NCBI RefSeq assembly: GCF_004010195.1 | Contig: NW_025214782.1 | Span: 1 to 50,777 of the forward strand | Length of the DNA: 50,777 nt | Source: Chiloscyllium plagiosum | Lineage: Eukaryota | Direction: 5' to 3' | Shown: piece after piece, positions 1 through 12,800 of the stretch | Layout of the letters: each line of letters begins with the position of its first letter | Position numbering within the stretch: the first letter of the stretch is position 1 | Notes under the pieces: generated by a model | What the model saw: only the letters and a program-made list of their open reading frames with translations | Told to the model about the DNA's origin: nothing | Database searches by the model: none | Made by a program: the position numbers and the translations under genes

Positions 1-706
1 GTTCCTGAATCAAGAGACCTTGGAGTGCAGGTTTATAGCTCTTCGAAAGTTGAGTCGCAGGTAGATCGGATAGTGAAGAAGGCATTTGGTATGCATTCCT
101 ATATTGGTCAGAATACTGAGTACAGAAGTTGGGAGGTCATGTTGCGGCTGTACTGGACATTGGTTAGGCCACTGTTTTAAATATTGCATGCAATTCTGGT
201 CTCCTTCCTATCGGAAAGATTTTGTGAAAGATTTACAAGGATGTTGCCAGGGTTGGAGGATTTGAGCTACAGGGAAAGGCTGAAGAGACTGGGGCTGGTT
301 TCCCTGGAGCGTCGGAGGCTGAGCGGTGACCTTATAGAGTTTTACAAAATTATAAGGGGCATGGACAGGATAAATAGACAAAGTGTTTTCCCAAGGGTTG
401 GGGCGTCCAGAACTGGAGGGTATTGGTTTAGGGTGAGAGCGGAAAGATATTAAAGAGACCTAAGGAGCAACCTTTTCACACAGAGGGTGATACGGGCATG
501 GAATGAGCTGCCAGAGGAAGTGGTGGAGGCTGGTACATTTGTAACATTTAAGAGGCATTTGGATGGGTATGTGAATAGGAAGGGTTTGAAGGGATATGGT
601 CCGGGTGCTGGCAGGTGGGAGTAGGTTCTGTAGGGATCTCTGGTTGGCATAGACGGGTTGGACCGAATGGTCTTTTTCCAGTCTGTACATCTCTATGATT
701 CTATGA
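1..706 (+). mobile_element. CR1 LINE 3' end (ORF2 C-terminus, 3' UTR and microsatellite tail)
   Basis: ORF 184..453 reads RFTRMLPGLEDLSYRERLKRLGLVSLERRRLSGDLIEFYKIIRG, a typical CR1 ORF2 C-terminus. Ends in CTATGATTCTATGA (693-706). Confidence 0.92.
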
Positions 707-1262
707 CCTGATAAGGTCTTGGGGACTTATCCATCTTTATGTATTTCAAGACATCCTGCACCTCCTCCTCTGCAATATGGACATTTCGCAAGTTGAAACC
801 ATCTCTGTCCCTACATTCTACATCTTCCATGTCCTCCTCACAGTTAACGCTGATGTAAAACACTTGTTTAGTATCTCCCCCATCTCCTGCAGCTCCGCGT
901 GCAGGCTGCCTTGTTGATCTTCCAGGGGCCATATTCTCTCCCTAGTTACCATTTTGTCCTTTATGTTTTTATAAAAAACATTGGGATTCTCCTTAACAAT
1001 ATTTGCCCAAGCTATCTCGTGCCGGCTTTTCACCCTCCTGATTTCCCGCTTTAGTACACTCCGACTGCCTTTATAATCTTCTCAGGATTCACTCTCTCTC
1101 CTGAGATATGTTTACTTCTTTTTCTTCACTGAAACCTCAATTTCTCTCCATATCCAGTATTCCGTACACCTAGCAGCTTTTCCTTTCACCCTAACAGGAA
1201 TACTGTACACTGTCTCTGGACTGCCGTTTTCATTTTTAAAGGCTTCCCAATTCCCAATGTTA
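707..1262 (-). mobile_element. CR1 LINE ORF2 fragment (between endonuclease and RT), frameshifted
   Basis: Minus ORFs give KENPNVFYKNIKDK...EMGEILNKCFTSALT and EVQDVLKYIKMDKSPRP, matching CR1 motifs (KENPKxFY, EILNxYFxSVFT, KSPGPD). Confidence 0.85.
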
Positions 1263-1277
1263 AACGTTTCATTCTCT

Positions 1278-1560
1278 CAAAATGGCAACTCCCCAATTGC
1301 TGCATCTCGCAAAACCGCTGCTTGACAATAATGACAATATAAAGAACTTTCCAAATGAAGGCATCGATGAGGTGAGCTCTGGACAGGAACATAGATCTGG
1401 AGGTTACCATATGCACGGAGAGTGCTTTCTACCTGAGCAGCACCAGGTCAGTATCAGGCACAAAGACAGAGTGGGCAAATAGATTCACATCTGAACTCCC
1501 ATCTCCCAGCCTGGGAACCTGAAGCTGTGCACAGCCATTCTGGAGAGTTATGCAGATATC
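1278..1560 (-). mobile_element. Possible old Tx1/L1-like ORF2 C-terminal fragment
   Basis: One minus frame reads VESTLRAYGNLQIYVPVQSSPHRCLHLESS...VLRDAAIG. From memory this resembles the fish Tx1 C-terminus (VKDALWSARNLLVF...SPTECCRLAHS...VLRDALKLG). Confidence 0.35.
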
Positions 1561-1599
1561 AGGAGTATTGCTGTGGCAAATAGAGGGTTCAGTAATTTT

Positions 1600-1760
1600 G
1601 AGGGAAGATACTAATAAAGGAGGTTACAGAGGTAAGGAGGATTGTCGGGACTTGAAGAGGTTTCCCAGTTTACGAGTGTTGGAGGGATTGGAACAGGTTA
1701 CCAAGATAGGGAGGGTTTAAGATTGAAGGTTGGACAGAAAACCTTTAAAGGGAGAAAGGC
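1600..1760 (+). repeat. Degenerate purine-rich ~36-bp minisatellite patch
   Basis: Recurring GGAGGTTACAGAG / GATAGGGAGGG-like units, e.g. 1619-1640 and 1697-1716. Confidence 0.55.
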
Positions 1761-2447
1761 AGGATTCTTGAGAGTGTGGAGGAACAGAAAATCTTGGGGT
1801 CCACGTCCATTGATCCCTCAAAGCTGGTACTCAAGCTGATAGCCTTGTTCAGAATGCATGTGATGTGTTGGCTTTCATTAGCAGGGGGATTGAATTTAAG
1901 AGCTATGAGGTTATGCTGCAGCTTTATCGAGCCCTGGTTAGACAACACTTGGTTTATTGTGTTCAAGTCTGGTTGCCTCATTATAAGAAAGATGTGGAAG
2001 CTTTAGAGAGGGTGCAGAGGAGATTTATCAGGATGCTGCCTGGACTGGAGGGGAGATCTTACGAGGAATATTTGAGGGAGTTAGGGCTTTTCTCATTGGA
2101 ATGAAAAAGGATGAGAGGTGATTCTATAGAGGTGAATGAGATGATTTGAGGCTTAGATAGAGAGGATAACCACATACTTTTCCCATTGCAAAAATGGAAA
2201 TGATGAGGTGGCATAAGTTGAAGGTGATTGGAGGAAGGTTTATAGGAGATGTCAGGGGTGGGTTCTTTACACATCGTGTAGCGGGTGCGTGGAATGCACT
2301 GCCAACACTAGGAGCAGAGTCCAATATATTAGGGACATTTAAGCAATTCTTAGATAGGCAAATTGGTGATAGGGTCTGTAGGATAAAATGTCAGCACAAC
2401 ATTGAGGCCAAAGGGCTTGGGCTGTGCTGTACTGTTCTCCGTTCTAA
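1761..2447 (+). mobile_element. CR1 LINE 3' end
   Basis: ORFs 1865..2104 (MLAFISRGIEFKSYEVMLQLYRALVR...LERVQRRFIRMLPGL) and 2194..2451 (FFTHRVAGAWNALP). TGTTCT-type tail near 2432-2447. Confidence 0.92.
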
Positions 2448-2449
2448 AT

Positions 2450-3050
2450 AGCGAGAGTCACAATGGTACAAAGAGGTTTCCGAAAGCTGGAGAGGATGGG
2501 ATCTGAATGAAGAGACACAAATAGGAAGGTGTGCTCAGATTGCTGAGGGTAACAGAGACAGCAACGGTCTGATCTGGAGCAGACGAACCAGACTGGGAGG
2601 GCTGTGGGGACGGGAGGTAGTTTCACAGGGAGGGAGGACCATAGAGCCATAAGAGGTTACAGAGCTATAGGGCCTGCAGGAGTTCATGGAGATGGGGAGG
2701 TTGGGAGGGATGAAGCAGTTTACAGGCACAAGGATGTTGGTAGGATGGGATGGTTGGAGAACGTTTCACAGATAAGGAAGTTTAAACCTCCTGCAATTTA
2801 GTCAAAGTGGGAAGGTTTGTAGGGGAGGGTGGCAATTACACAGATAGAGGTGTAAGAGCTGGAGAAGGTTATGGAGATGAGTAGGTGGATGGAGAGACTG
2901 AAGGAGCTTGCATTGACAGGGTGGGAGATAGCCACAGGAGGATGTTACACAGATAGTGAGTCTTTTCGGAACTGGATCAGGAGAGTATCAGGCATTCGAG
3001 TGAGTCCTACAGATTCTGACTGCAACAGGGACCTGAGAGGGTTGCAGGGT
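2450..3050 (+). repeat. Degenerate purine-rich ~36-bp minisatellite patch
   Basis: Repeated GCTGGAGAAGGTTATGGAGAT / GAGGTTACAGAG / GTTACACAGATAG variants. Confidence 0.6.
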
Positions 3051-3054
3051 CTCC

Positions 3055-4417
3055 ACAGATTGATCGTGTCTTTCGGACTGGAAAAAGATATGGATTGATT
3101 AAACCCAATGCATGCTGTTTTCTTTTTCCTGAACAGAGCCTCAATATCACTCAGCAGATAGGGATCCCGAAACCTGCCAGCTTTTCCCTTTACTCTAACA
3201 GGGATATACTGGCCCTGGATTCGTGAGATCACACTTTTAAAACCCTCCCGATTGCCAGTCATTCCTTTTCCTTCAAACGGACTCACCCAATCGATGGTAA
3301 TCATGATGTGGAGGAGTCGGTGTTGGACTGGGGTGGACAATGTTAAAAATCACACAACACCAGCTTACAGTCCAACAGGGGAAGTTAACATCTCCAACCA
3401 ATACTACATTATTATTTCTATCGGTACCTGCAATCTCTCTGCACATCTGCTCCTCTAGTATCCGCCGACTCTTTGGGAATCTGGAACACTGTCCCAACAG
3501 AGTCCATCCCCTTTTTGTTTCTTACTTCTTACCATATGACCTCATTTGATGATCCCTTAAGAGTATCCCTTCTCAGCACTGTTGTTCTGCCCTCCCTTAT
3601 CAAAAGGGCAACTCTCCCATCTCACTCACTCTGTCAGATCTGTAGCTTCTGTATCCTGGAACAGTGAGCTGCCAGTCCTGCCCTTCTCTCAGCCATGTTT
3701 CTGTTATGGCTACAATATCCCAGTCCCCAGAGCCAATCCATGCTCTGAGATCGTCTGCCTTCCCAGTCAGGCCTCGTGTGTTGAAATAAATGCACGTTAA
3801 ACCAGTAGTCTTTTCCCTCCCTTGATTGTGCCCCAGGATATCCAGAATTCGAAATTTGTTCTCGATGGCTGACGTATTTTTCCCCTGACTGGCCGATGGT
3901 ACCTCTCTTACTCAGAGTCCCTGCCAACCTAGTTTAAACCTTCCCCAGGTAACACTAACAAATCTCCCTCGCAGTGATCCTGGTGCCCCTCTGTTTTAAG
4001 TCAAACCTGTTCCCCCTTGTATCGGTCACCTCTACCCCAGAAGAGATCTCAACGATCCAAACATTACCCCATCCCCCTGCTCCTCAGCCACACATCTATC
4101 TAGCCTATCTTTCTATTTCAGTCCTCAACGGGGCAAGTGGCACTAGGCATAATCTGTAGATCACTTCCCTTGAGGTCGTCCTTTTAAACCTCTCACCTAA
4201 CTCCTGATACTCATTTCACAGGACCTCATCCCATTGCCTACCACATGATGTGCACAATGACCAATCGTTAATAACCCTCCCCTTTCGAATGTTCATCAGA
4301 GACATTCTTGACCCTGGTACCCGGAAGACAGCACACTATCCTGGGATGTCTTCTGCAGCCAAAGAATCTCCTGTCTGTCCCCCTCACAACTGAGTCTCCT
4401 ATCAGAATCACGATCAT
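3055..4417 (-). mobile_element. CR1 LINE 5' half: SGNH/GDSL esterase ORF1 plus APE endonuclease of ORF2 (pseudogenised)
   Basis: Minus strand near 4415-4300 reads IVILIGDSVVRGTDRRFFGCRRHPRIVCCLPGTRVKNVS (esterase ORF1). Near 3795-3640 it reads CIYFNTRGLTGKADDLRAWIGSGDWDIVAITETWLREGQDWQLTVPGY (APE EN). Near 3400 it reads VVLVGDVNFP. Confidence 0.9.
3299..3380 (-). mobile_element. Short Penelope-like terminal-repeat fragment inserted in the CR1 endonuclease region
   Basis: CATGATGTGGAGGAGTCGGTGTTGGACTGGGGTGGACAATGTTAAAAATCACACAACACCAG...GTCCAACAGG splits the CR1 motif GDVNFP|xIDWVS. It resembles a common shark PLE-tail repeat as I recall it. Confidence 0.55.
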
Positions 4418-5140
4418 TAGAGAGGATCTGGCAAACTTGGACTGGGAGGACTATCTGCAGCTGGGTCTATATTTGGAAAGTGGGAGTATGTTAAAGTGAT
4501 ACAGTGAGAATTCAGAGCCAGTGTGTTCCTGACGAGGGAATAGTAAAGGCAGAAAGTCCAGCGAATACTGATCAAGTGATATCGTGATTGATAAAGAAAA
4601 TGCACTGTAATAAAACCGGGCGAAGCCAACCAAAAGTTTAGGGCCTGCAAGGGGGTCTTTAGAAATGAGGGGAAAACAATGACCATAAAATATCCTTGCC
4701 AGATACTATAAAGGAAAAGCCACAAGGTATTTTATCAGTATCGTTAGATTAAGAGGATTACTGGGGTAAGAGTGAGGCCTGATAGAAACCAAAGGGACAA
4801 TCCGTGCATGGAGCCAGAGGATGTAGGTGAGGTCTTCAATGAATACTTCCCATCTGTATTCACACAGGAGAAAGACATTGTAGCCTGGGATTTCAGTTGC
4901 GATGGTGAGGCTCCAGAACATATTAAGATCGATAAAGGGGAGATATTAAATGTTTTCACAGGCATAAAGCTGGAGGAATCCCCAGTGCCCAATAAAATGT
5001 ATCCTAGACTGCTATGGGAGGTAAGGGAGGAGATTGTTGTGGCCCTGGTGGATATATTTAATACTTTGCTGGCCACAGGTGAAGTGTCAAAAGACTGGAG
5101 GATATCTAATGTGGGTCCTTTGTTCAAGAATGGCAGCAGG
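4418..5140 (+). mobile_element. CR1 LINE ORF2 fragment
   Basis: ORF 4772..5179: EVFNEYFPSVFTQEKD...ESPVPNKMYPRLLWEVREEIVVALVDIFNTLLATGEVSKDWRISNVGPLFKNG. Confidence 0.9.
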
Positions 5141-6180
5141 GGTGGCGAGAGAGGAAGGACGCGTGGTGGTGGGTTTTGATTGCATGAAACATCACAGCAA
5201 TACTTAGAGAGGACATTCCTGTGGGATCACCCACTGTGTTGGAGGAACTGTGAAATAAGAATGAGTCATCACTTTGATACGAGTGGACTGACCCTGAATA
5301 ATCCATGGCAGACTGAGGAACATATATGTCGGGAGATGTCAAATATCAATCATAATGATAACACTGTTGTGGTAGGCGTTTTAAAACTTTCCAAACCTAG
5401 ATTGGCATTGCCACGATTCAATGTTAGGAACAGAGAAATTTCGTAATTGAGTTCCAGAAAACTCCCAAACAGTATGTAAATGGCCCAACTGGAGAAAGGG
5501 GCAAAACCTGACCTCCCCTTGGGAAACAAGGTAGGGAAAGGGACTGAGGTATTAGTGGGGTAGCATTTCGCCAAAGTGACTCCAATTCTATTAGTTTGAA
5601 AACAGCGATGGAAAGCGCAAGCCTGGTCAACAGGTTCAAGTTATGAAATAGGGCCAGCCCAATCTTTATCGTATCAGCCAGGAACTTTCAAAAGGGGACT
5701 GGGGAGTCTATTTGCAGGGAAAGGGAAGTATTTCAAGTGAGAGTATTTTTAAAGTGAGTTAAATTTAGCGATCAGCGCCAGCATGTTCCTGTTTGTGTGC
5801 AGCTCAATGCTGACAGCATTCGGGAACACTGGCTGTCTATTGAGGGTCTGGTCAACGAAAAGGGGGACATGTCAGGTCTAGCCAGCTGGATCAAGGGAAT
5901 CCCTGAGGAGAATAGGGGCTGTAGGAATATATTTTGGGTGGAAATCAGGAATGCAGAAAGGGGACATGAAATAACTTTGACAGAGAAGGATAAGGAGACT
6001 CCAAAATTGATTGTATACATATGTTAAGAGTAAAAGAGTAACTCGAGACAAAATAGGGGCCTTTAAAGATCAATTGATATGTGGAACTGTAGGATATGGC
6101 TAAGACCCTAAACACATTTTGCAGTCCAGAACTTACTGTTGACAAAAACCGGGGAACTCAGGGAACAAGAGTAATACGTT
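5141..6180 (+). mobile_element. Older CR1 ORF2 fragment (EN to linker); resumes at 6713-6893
   Basis: RGGG, EEHICREMS...VVVG and later KETPKL motifs in shifting frames. The continuation after 6713 has KAPGPD/LWDAREEI-like sequence. Confidence 0.75.
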
Positions 6181-6712
6181 AGACCACAATTGGAGTTCTC
6201 TGCAATTCCAGTATCCCCGCTGAAGGAAGGATGTTGTGAAATTTGACACGGCTCAGAAAAGATTTACAAGATGTTGTCAGGGTAGTTGCTGAATAAGCTG
6301 GGGTTATTTTCCCTGGAGCATCAGAGACTGAGGGGTGACCTGACAGAGGTTTATATAAAGATGAGGGGCGTGGATTGGGTAAACATTCAAGGTCTTTTCC
6401 CAGGGGTTGGGAAGTCCAAAACTAGAGGACATAGATTTGAGGTTAGAGGGAAAAGTTTTAAAAATGACCGAAGGGACAGCTTTTTCATGCACATGGTGAC
6501 ATGGGTATGGAAGAAGCGGAGGGAGAAAGTAACAGAGACTGATACTATGACAACATTTAAAAGGTATCTGGATGGGAATACGAATAGTCAGAGTTTAGCG
6601 GTTTATGGGTCAAATGCTGATTAATGGGATGGATTTGTTTAAATCTTCTGATCAGCCTGGACGAGTTGGGGACCGATGGGTCGGTTTCCATGCTGTACTT
6701 CTATTTGACTTG
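6181..6712 (+). mobile_element. CR1 LINE 3' end nested in the older CR1
   Basis: ORF 6286..6624: LNKLGLFSLEHQRLRGDLTEVYIKMRG...TRGHRFEVRG...TTFKRYLDG, followed by a CR1 3' UTR. Confidence 0.88.
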
Positions 6713-6892
6713 TAAACAGTGCATGTTATAGAAGAGGTGGTGCTGGAGGTTTTAAAACACAAAGGTATGGAAGGCCCCAGGACCTGATTAAGTATATCAG
6801 AGGACATTGTGGGACGCTAGGGAAGAAATTGTGGAGCCCTGAGCAAAGGTACCATTTACAGCCATATGTGATGGGCTGGAAGAAAGGAGGGT

Positions 6893-9800
6893 GGAGTGAG
6901 TGCGAGGCGGACAGAGTGACTCAGATGGAATGAGTGTGAGAGGGTGAGGGTGGCGGTGATGGAGTGAGTGTGAGGGGGTCAGTGTGACTGTGATGGAGTG
7001 AGTGTGAGAGGGTCAGGTTGACGGTGATGGAGTGAGTGTGAGGGTGTCAGTATGACAGAGATGGAGTGAATGTGAGGGGGTGAGGGTGACTTTGATGGAG
7101 TGAGTGTGAGTGTGAGCTGATCAGTGAGACCGTGATGGAGTGAGTATGAAGGGGTCAGGGTGACGGTGATGGAGTGAGTGCGAGGGAGTCAGGGTGACGA
7201 TGATGAAGTGAATGTGAGGGGGTCAGGGTGACGGTGATGAAGTGATTGGGACAGGGTCAGAGTGACAGTGATGGAGTGAGTGTGAGAGGGTCAGGGTGAC
7301 GGTGATGGAGAGAGTTTGATGTGATCAGGGTGACGGTGATGGACTGAGATTGAGCGGGTCAGAGTGAAGGTGATGGAGTGAGTGTGAGGGGGGGTAAGGG
7401 TGACGGTGATGGAGTGAGTGCGAGGGTGTCAGGGTGACGGCAATGGAGTGAGTGTGAGAGAGGGTAAAGGTGACGGTGATGGAGTGAGTGTGATGGGGTG
7501 AGTGTGACAGTGATGGAGTGAGTGTGAGAGGGTCAGGGTGACGGTGATGGAGAGAGTTTGATGTGATCAGGGTGACGGTGATGGACTGAGATTGAGCGGG
7601 TCAGAGTGAAGGTGATGGAGTGAGTGTGAGAGAGGGTAAGGGTGACGGTGATGGAGTGAGTGCGAGGGTGTCAGGGTGACGGCAATGGAGTGAGTGTGAG
7701 AGAGGGTAAAGGTGACGGTGATGGAGTGAGTGTGATGGGGTGAGTGTGACAGTGATGGAGTGAGTGTGAGAGGGTCAGGGTGACGGTGATGGAGAGAGTT
7801 TGATGTGATCAGGGTGACGGTGATGGACTGAGATTGAGCGGGTCAGAGTGAAGGTGATGGAGTGAGTGTGAGAGAGGGTAAGGGTGACGGTGATGGAGTG
7901 AGTGCGAGGGTGTCAGGGTGACGGCAATGGAGTGAGTGTGAGAGAGGGTAAAGGTGACGGTGATGGAGTGAGTGTGATGGGGTGAGTGTGACAGTGATGG
8001 AGTGAGTGTGAGAGGGTCAGGGTGACGGTGATGGAGAGAGTTTGATGTGATCAGGGTGACGGTGATGGACTGAGATTGAGCGGGTCAGAGTGAAGGTGAT
8101 GGAGTGAGTGTGAGAGAGGGTAAGGGTGACGGTGATGGAGTGAGTGCGAGGGTGTCAGGGTGACGGCAATGGAGTGAGTGTGAGAGAGGGTAAAGGTGAC
8201 GGTGATGGAGTGAGTGTGATGGGGTGAGTGTGACAGTGATGGAGTGAGTGTGAGAGGGTCAGGGTGACGGTGATGGAGAGAGTTTGATGTGATCAGGGTG
8301 ACGGTGATGGACTGAGATTGAGCGGGTCAGAGTGAAGGTGATGGAGTGAGTGTGAGAGAGGGTAAGGGTGACGGTGATGGAGTGAGTGCGAGGGTGTCAG
8401 GGTGACGGCAATGGAGTGAGTGTGAGAGAGGGTAAAGGTGACGGTGATGGAGTGAGTGTGATGGGGTGAGTGTGACAGTGATGGAGTGAGTGTGAGAGGG
8501 TCAGGGTGACGGTGATGGAGAGAGTTTGATGTGATCAGGGTGACGGTGATGGACTGAGATTGAGCGGGTCAGAGTGAAGGTGATGGAGTGAGTGTGAGAG
8601 AGGGTAAGGGTGACGGTGATGGAGTGAGTGCGAGGGTGTCAGGGTGACGGCAATGGAGTGAGTGTGAGAGAGGGTAAAGGTGACGGTGATGGAGTGAGTG
8701 TGATGGGGTGAGTGTGACAGTGATGGAGTGAGTGTGAGAGGGTCAGGGTGACGGTGATGGAGAGAGTTTGATGTGATCAGGGTGACGGTGATGGACTGAG
8801 ATTGAGCGGGTCAGAGTGAAGGTGATGGAGTGAGTGTGAGAGAGGGTAAGGGTGACGGTGATGGAGTGAGTGCGAGGGTGTCAGGGTGACGGCAATGGAG
8901 TGAGTGTGAGAGAGGGTAAAGGTGACGGTGATGGAGTGAGTGTGATGGGGTGAGTGTGACAGTGATGGAGTGAGTGTGAGAGGGTCAGGGTGACGGTGAT
9001 GGAGAGAGTTTGATGTGATCAGGGTGACGGTGATGGACTGAGATTGAGCGGGTCAGAGTGAAGGTGATGGAGTGAGTGTGAGAGAGGGTAAGGGTGACGG
9101 TGATGGAGTGAGTGCGAGGGTGTCAGGGTGACGGCAATGGAGTGAGTGTGAGAGAGGGTAAAGGTGACGGTGATGGAGTGAGTGTGATGGGGTGAGTGTG
9201 ACAGTGATGGAGTGAGTGTGAGAGGGTCAGGGTGACGGTGATGGAGAGAGTTTGATGTGATCAGGGTGACGGTGATGGACTGAGATTGAGCGGGTCAGAG
9301 TGAAGGTGATGGAGTGAGTGTGAGAGAGGGTAAGGGTGACGGTGATGGAGTGAGTGCGAGGGTGTCAGGGTGACGGCAATGGAGTGAGTGTGAGAGAGGG
9401 TAAAGGTGACGGTGATGGAGTGAGTGTGATGGGGTGAGTGTGACAGTGATGGAGTGAGTGTGAGAGGGTCAGGGTGACGGTGATGGAGAGAGTTTGATGT
9501 GATCAGGGTGACGGTGATGGACTGAGATTGAGCGGGTCAGAGTGAAGGTGATGGAGTGAGTGTGAGAGAGGGTAAGGGTGACGGTGATGGAGTGAGTGCG
9601 AGGGTGTCAGGGTGACGGCAATGGAGTGAGTGTGAGAGAGGGTAAAGGTGACGGTGATGGAGTGAGTGTGATGGGGTGAGTGTGACAGTGATGGAGTGAG
9701 TGTGAGAGGGTCAGGGTGACGGTGATGGAGAGAGTTTGATGTGATCAGGGTGACGGTGATGGACTGAGATTGAGCGGGTCAGAGTGAAGGTGATGGAGTG

Positions 9801-12800
9801 AGTGTGAGAGAGGGTAAGGGTGACGGTGATGGAGTGAGTGCGAGGGTGTCAGGGTGACGGCAATGGAGTGAGTGTGAGAGAGGGTAAAGGTGACGGTGAT
9901 GGAGTGAGTGTGATGGGGTGAGTGTGACAGTGATGGAGTGAGTGTGAGAGGGTCAGGGTGACGGTGATGGAGAGAGTTTGATGTGATCAGGGTGACGGTG
10001 ATGGACTGAGATTGAGCGGGTCAGAGTGAAGGTGATGGAGTGAGTGTGAGAGAGGGTAAGGGTGACGGTGATGGAGTGAGTGCGAGGGTGTCAGGGTGAC
10101 GGCAATGGAGTGAGTGTGAGAGAGGGTAAAGGTGACGGTGATGGAGTGAGTGTGATGGGGTGAGTGTGACAGTGATGGAGTGAGTGTGAGAGGGTCAGGG
10201 TGACGGTGATGGAGAGAGTTTGATGTGATCAGGGTGACGGTGATGGACTGAGATTGAGCGGGTCAGAGTGAAGGTGATGGAGTGAGTGTGAGAGAGGGTA
10301 AGGGTGACGGTGATGGAGTGAGTGCGAGGGTGTCAGGGTGACGGCAATGGAGTGAGTGTGAGAGAGGGTAAAGGTGACGGTGATGGAGTGAGTGTGATGG
10401 GGTGAGTGTGACAGTGATGGAGTGAGTGTGAGAGGGTCAGGGTGACGGTGATGGAGAGAGTTTGATGTGATCAGGGTGACGGTGATGGACTGAGATTGAG
10501 CGGGTCAGAGTGAAGGTGATGGAGTGAGTGTGAGAGAGGGTAAGGGTGACGGTGATGGAGTGAGTGCGAGGGTGTCAGGGTGACGGCAATGGAGTGAGTG
10601 TGAGAGAGGGTAAAGGTGACGGTGATGGAGTGAGTGTGATGGGGTGAGTGTGACAGTGATGGAGTGAGTGTGAGAGGGTCAGGGTGACGGTGATGGAGAG
10701 AGTTTGATGTGATCAGGGTGACGGTGATGGACTGAGATTGAGCGGGTCAGAGTGAAGGTGATGGAGTGAGTGTGAGAGAGGGTAAGGGTGACGGTGATGG
10801 AGTGAGTGCGAGGGTGTCAGGGTGACGGCAATGGAGTGAGTGTGAGAGAGGGTAAAGGTGACGGTGATGGAGTGAGTGTGATGGGGTGAGTGTGACAGTG
10901 ATGGAGTGAGTGTGAGAGGGTCAGGGTGACGGTGATGGAGAGAGTTTGATGTGATCAGGGTGACGGTGATGGACTGAGATTGAGCGGGTCAGAGTGAAGG
11001 TGATGGAGTGAGTGTGAGAGAGGGTAAGGGTGACGGTGATGGAGTGAGTGCGAGGGTGTCAGGGTGACGGCAATGGAGTGAGTGTGAGAGAGGGTAAAGG
11101 TGACGGTGATGGAGTGAGTGTGATGGGGTGAGTGTGACAGTGATGGAGTGAGTGTGAGAGGGTCAGGGTGACGGTGATGGAGAGAGTTTGATGTGATCAG
11201 GGTGACGGTGATGGACTGAGATTGAGCGGGTCAGAGTGAAGGTGATGGAGTGAGTGTGAGAGAGGGTAAGGGTGACGGTGATGGAGTGAGTGCGAGGGTG
11301 TCAGGGTGACGGCAATGGAGTGAGTGTGAGAGAGGGTAAAGGTGACGGTGATGGAGTGAGTGTGATGGGGTGAGTGTGACAGTGATGGAGTGAGTGTGAG
11401 AGGGTCAGGGTGACGGTGATGGAGAGAGTTTGATGTGATCAGGGTGACGGTGATGGACTGAGATTGAGCGGGTCAGAGTGAAGGTGATGGAGTGAGTGTG
11501 AGAGAGGGTAAGGGTGACGGTGATGGAGTGAGTGCGAGGGTGTCAGGGTGACGGCAATGGAGTGAGTGTGAGAGAGGGTAAAGGTGACGGTGATGGAGTG
11601 AGTGTGATGGGGTGAGTGTGACAGTGATGGAGTGAGTGTGAGAGGGTCAGGGTGACGGTGATGGAGAGAGTTTGATGTGATCAGGGTGACGGTGATGGAC
11701 TGAGATTGAGCGGGTCAGAGTGAAGGTGATGGAGTGAGTGTGAGAGAGGGTAAGGGTGACGGTGATGGAGTGAGTGCGAGGGTGTCAGGGTGACGGCAAT
11801 GGAGTGAGTGTGAGAGAGGGTAAAGGTGACGGTGATGGAGTGAGTGTGATGGGGTGAGTGTGACAGTGATGGAGTGAGTGTGAGAGGGTCAGGGTGACGG
11901 TGATGGAGAGAGTTTGATGTGATCAGGGTGACGGTGATGGACTGAGATTGAGCGGGTCAGAGTGAAGGTGATGGAGTGAGTGTGAGAGAGGGTAAGGGTG
12001 ACGGTGATGGAGTGAGTGCGAGGGTGTCAGGGTGACGGCAATGGAGTGAGTGTGAGAGAGGGTAAAGGTGACGGTGATGGAGTGAGTGTGATGGGGTGAG
12101 TGTGACAGTGATGGAGTGAGTGTGAGAGGGTCAGGGTGACGGTGATGGAGAGAGTTTGATGTGATCAGGGTGACGGTGATGGACTGAGATTGAGCGGGTC
12201 AGAGTGAAGGTGATGGAGTGAGTGTGAGAGAGGGTAAGGGTGACGGTGATGGAGTGAGTGCGAGGGTGTCAGGGTGACGGCAATGGAGTGAGTGTGAGAG
12301 AGGGTAAAGGTGACGGTGATGGAGTGAGTGTGATGGGGTGAGTGTGACAGTGATGGAGTGAGTGTGAGAGGGTCAGGGTGACGGTGATGGAGAGAGTTTG
12401 ATGTGATCAGGGTGACGGTGATGGACTGAGATTGAGCGGGTCAGAGTGAAGGTGATGGAGTGAGTGTGAGAGAGGGTAAGGGTGACGGTGATGGAGTGAG
12501 TGCGAGGGTGTCAGGGTGACGGCAATGGAGTGAGTGTGAGAGAGGGTAAAGGTGACGGTGATGGAGTGAGTGTGATGGGGTGAGTGTGACAGTGATGGAG
12601 TGAGTGTGAGAGGGTCAGGGTGACGGTGATGGAGAGAGTTTGATGTGATCAGGGTGACGGTGATGGACTGAGATTGAGCGGGTCAGAGTGAAGGTGATGG
12701 AGTGAGTGTGAGAGAGGGTAAGGGTGACGGTGATGGAGTGAGTGCGAGGGTGTCAGGGTGACGGCAATGGAGTGAGTGTGAGAGAGGGTAAAGGTGACGG

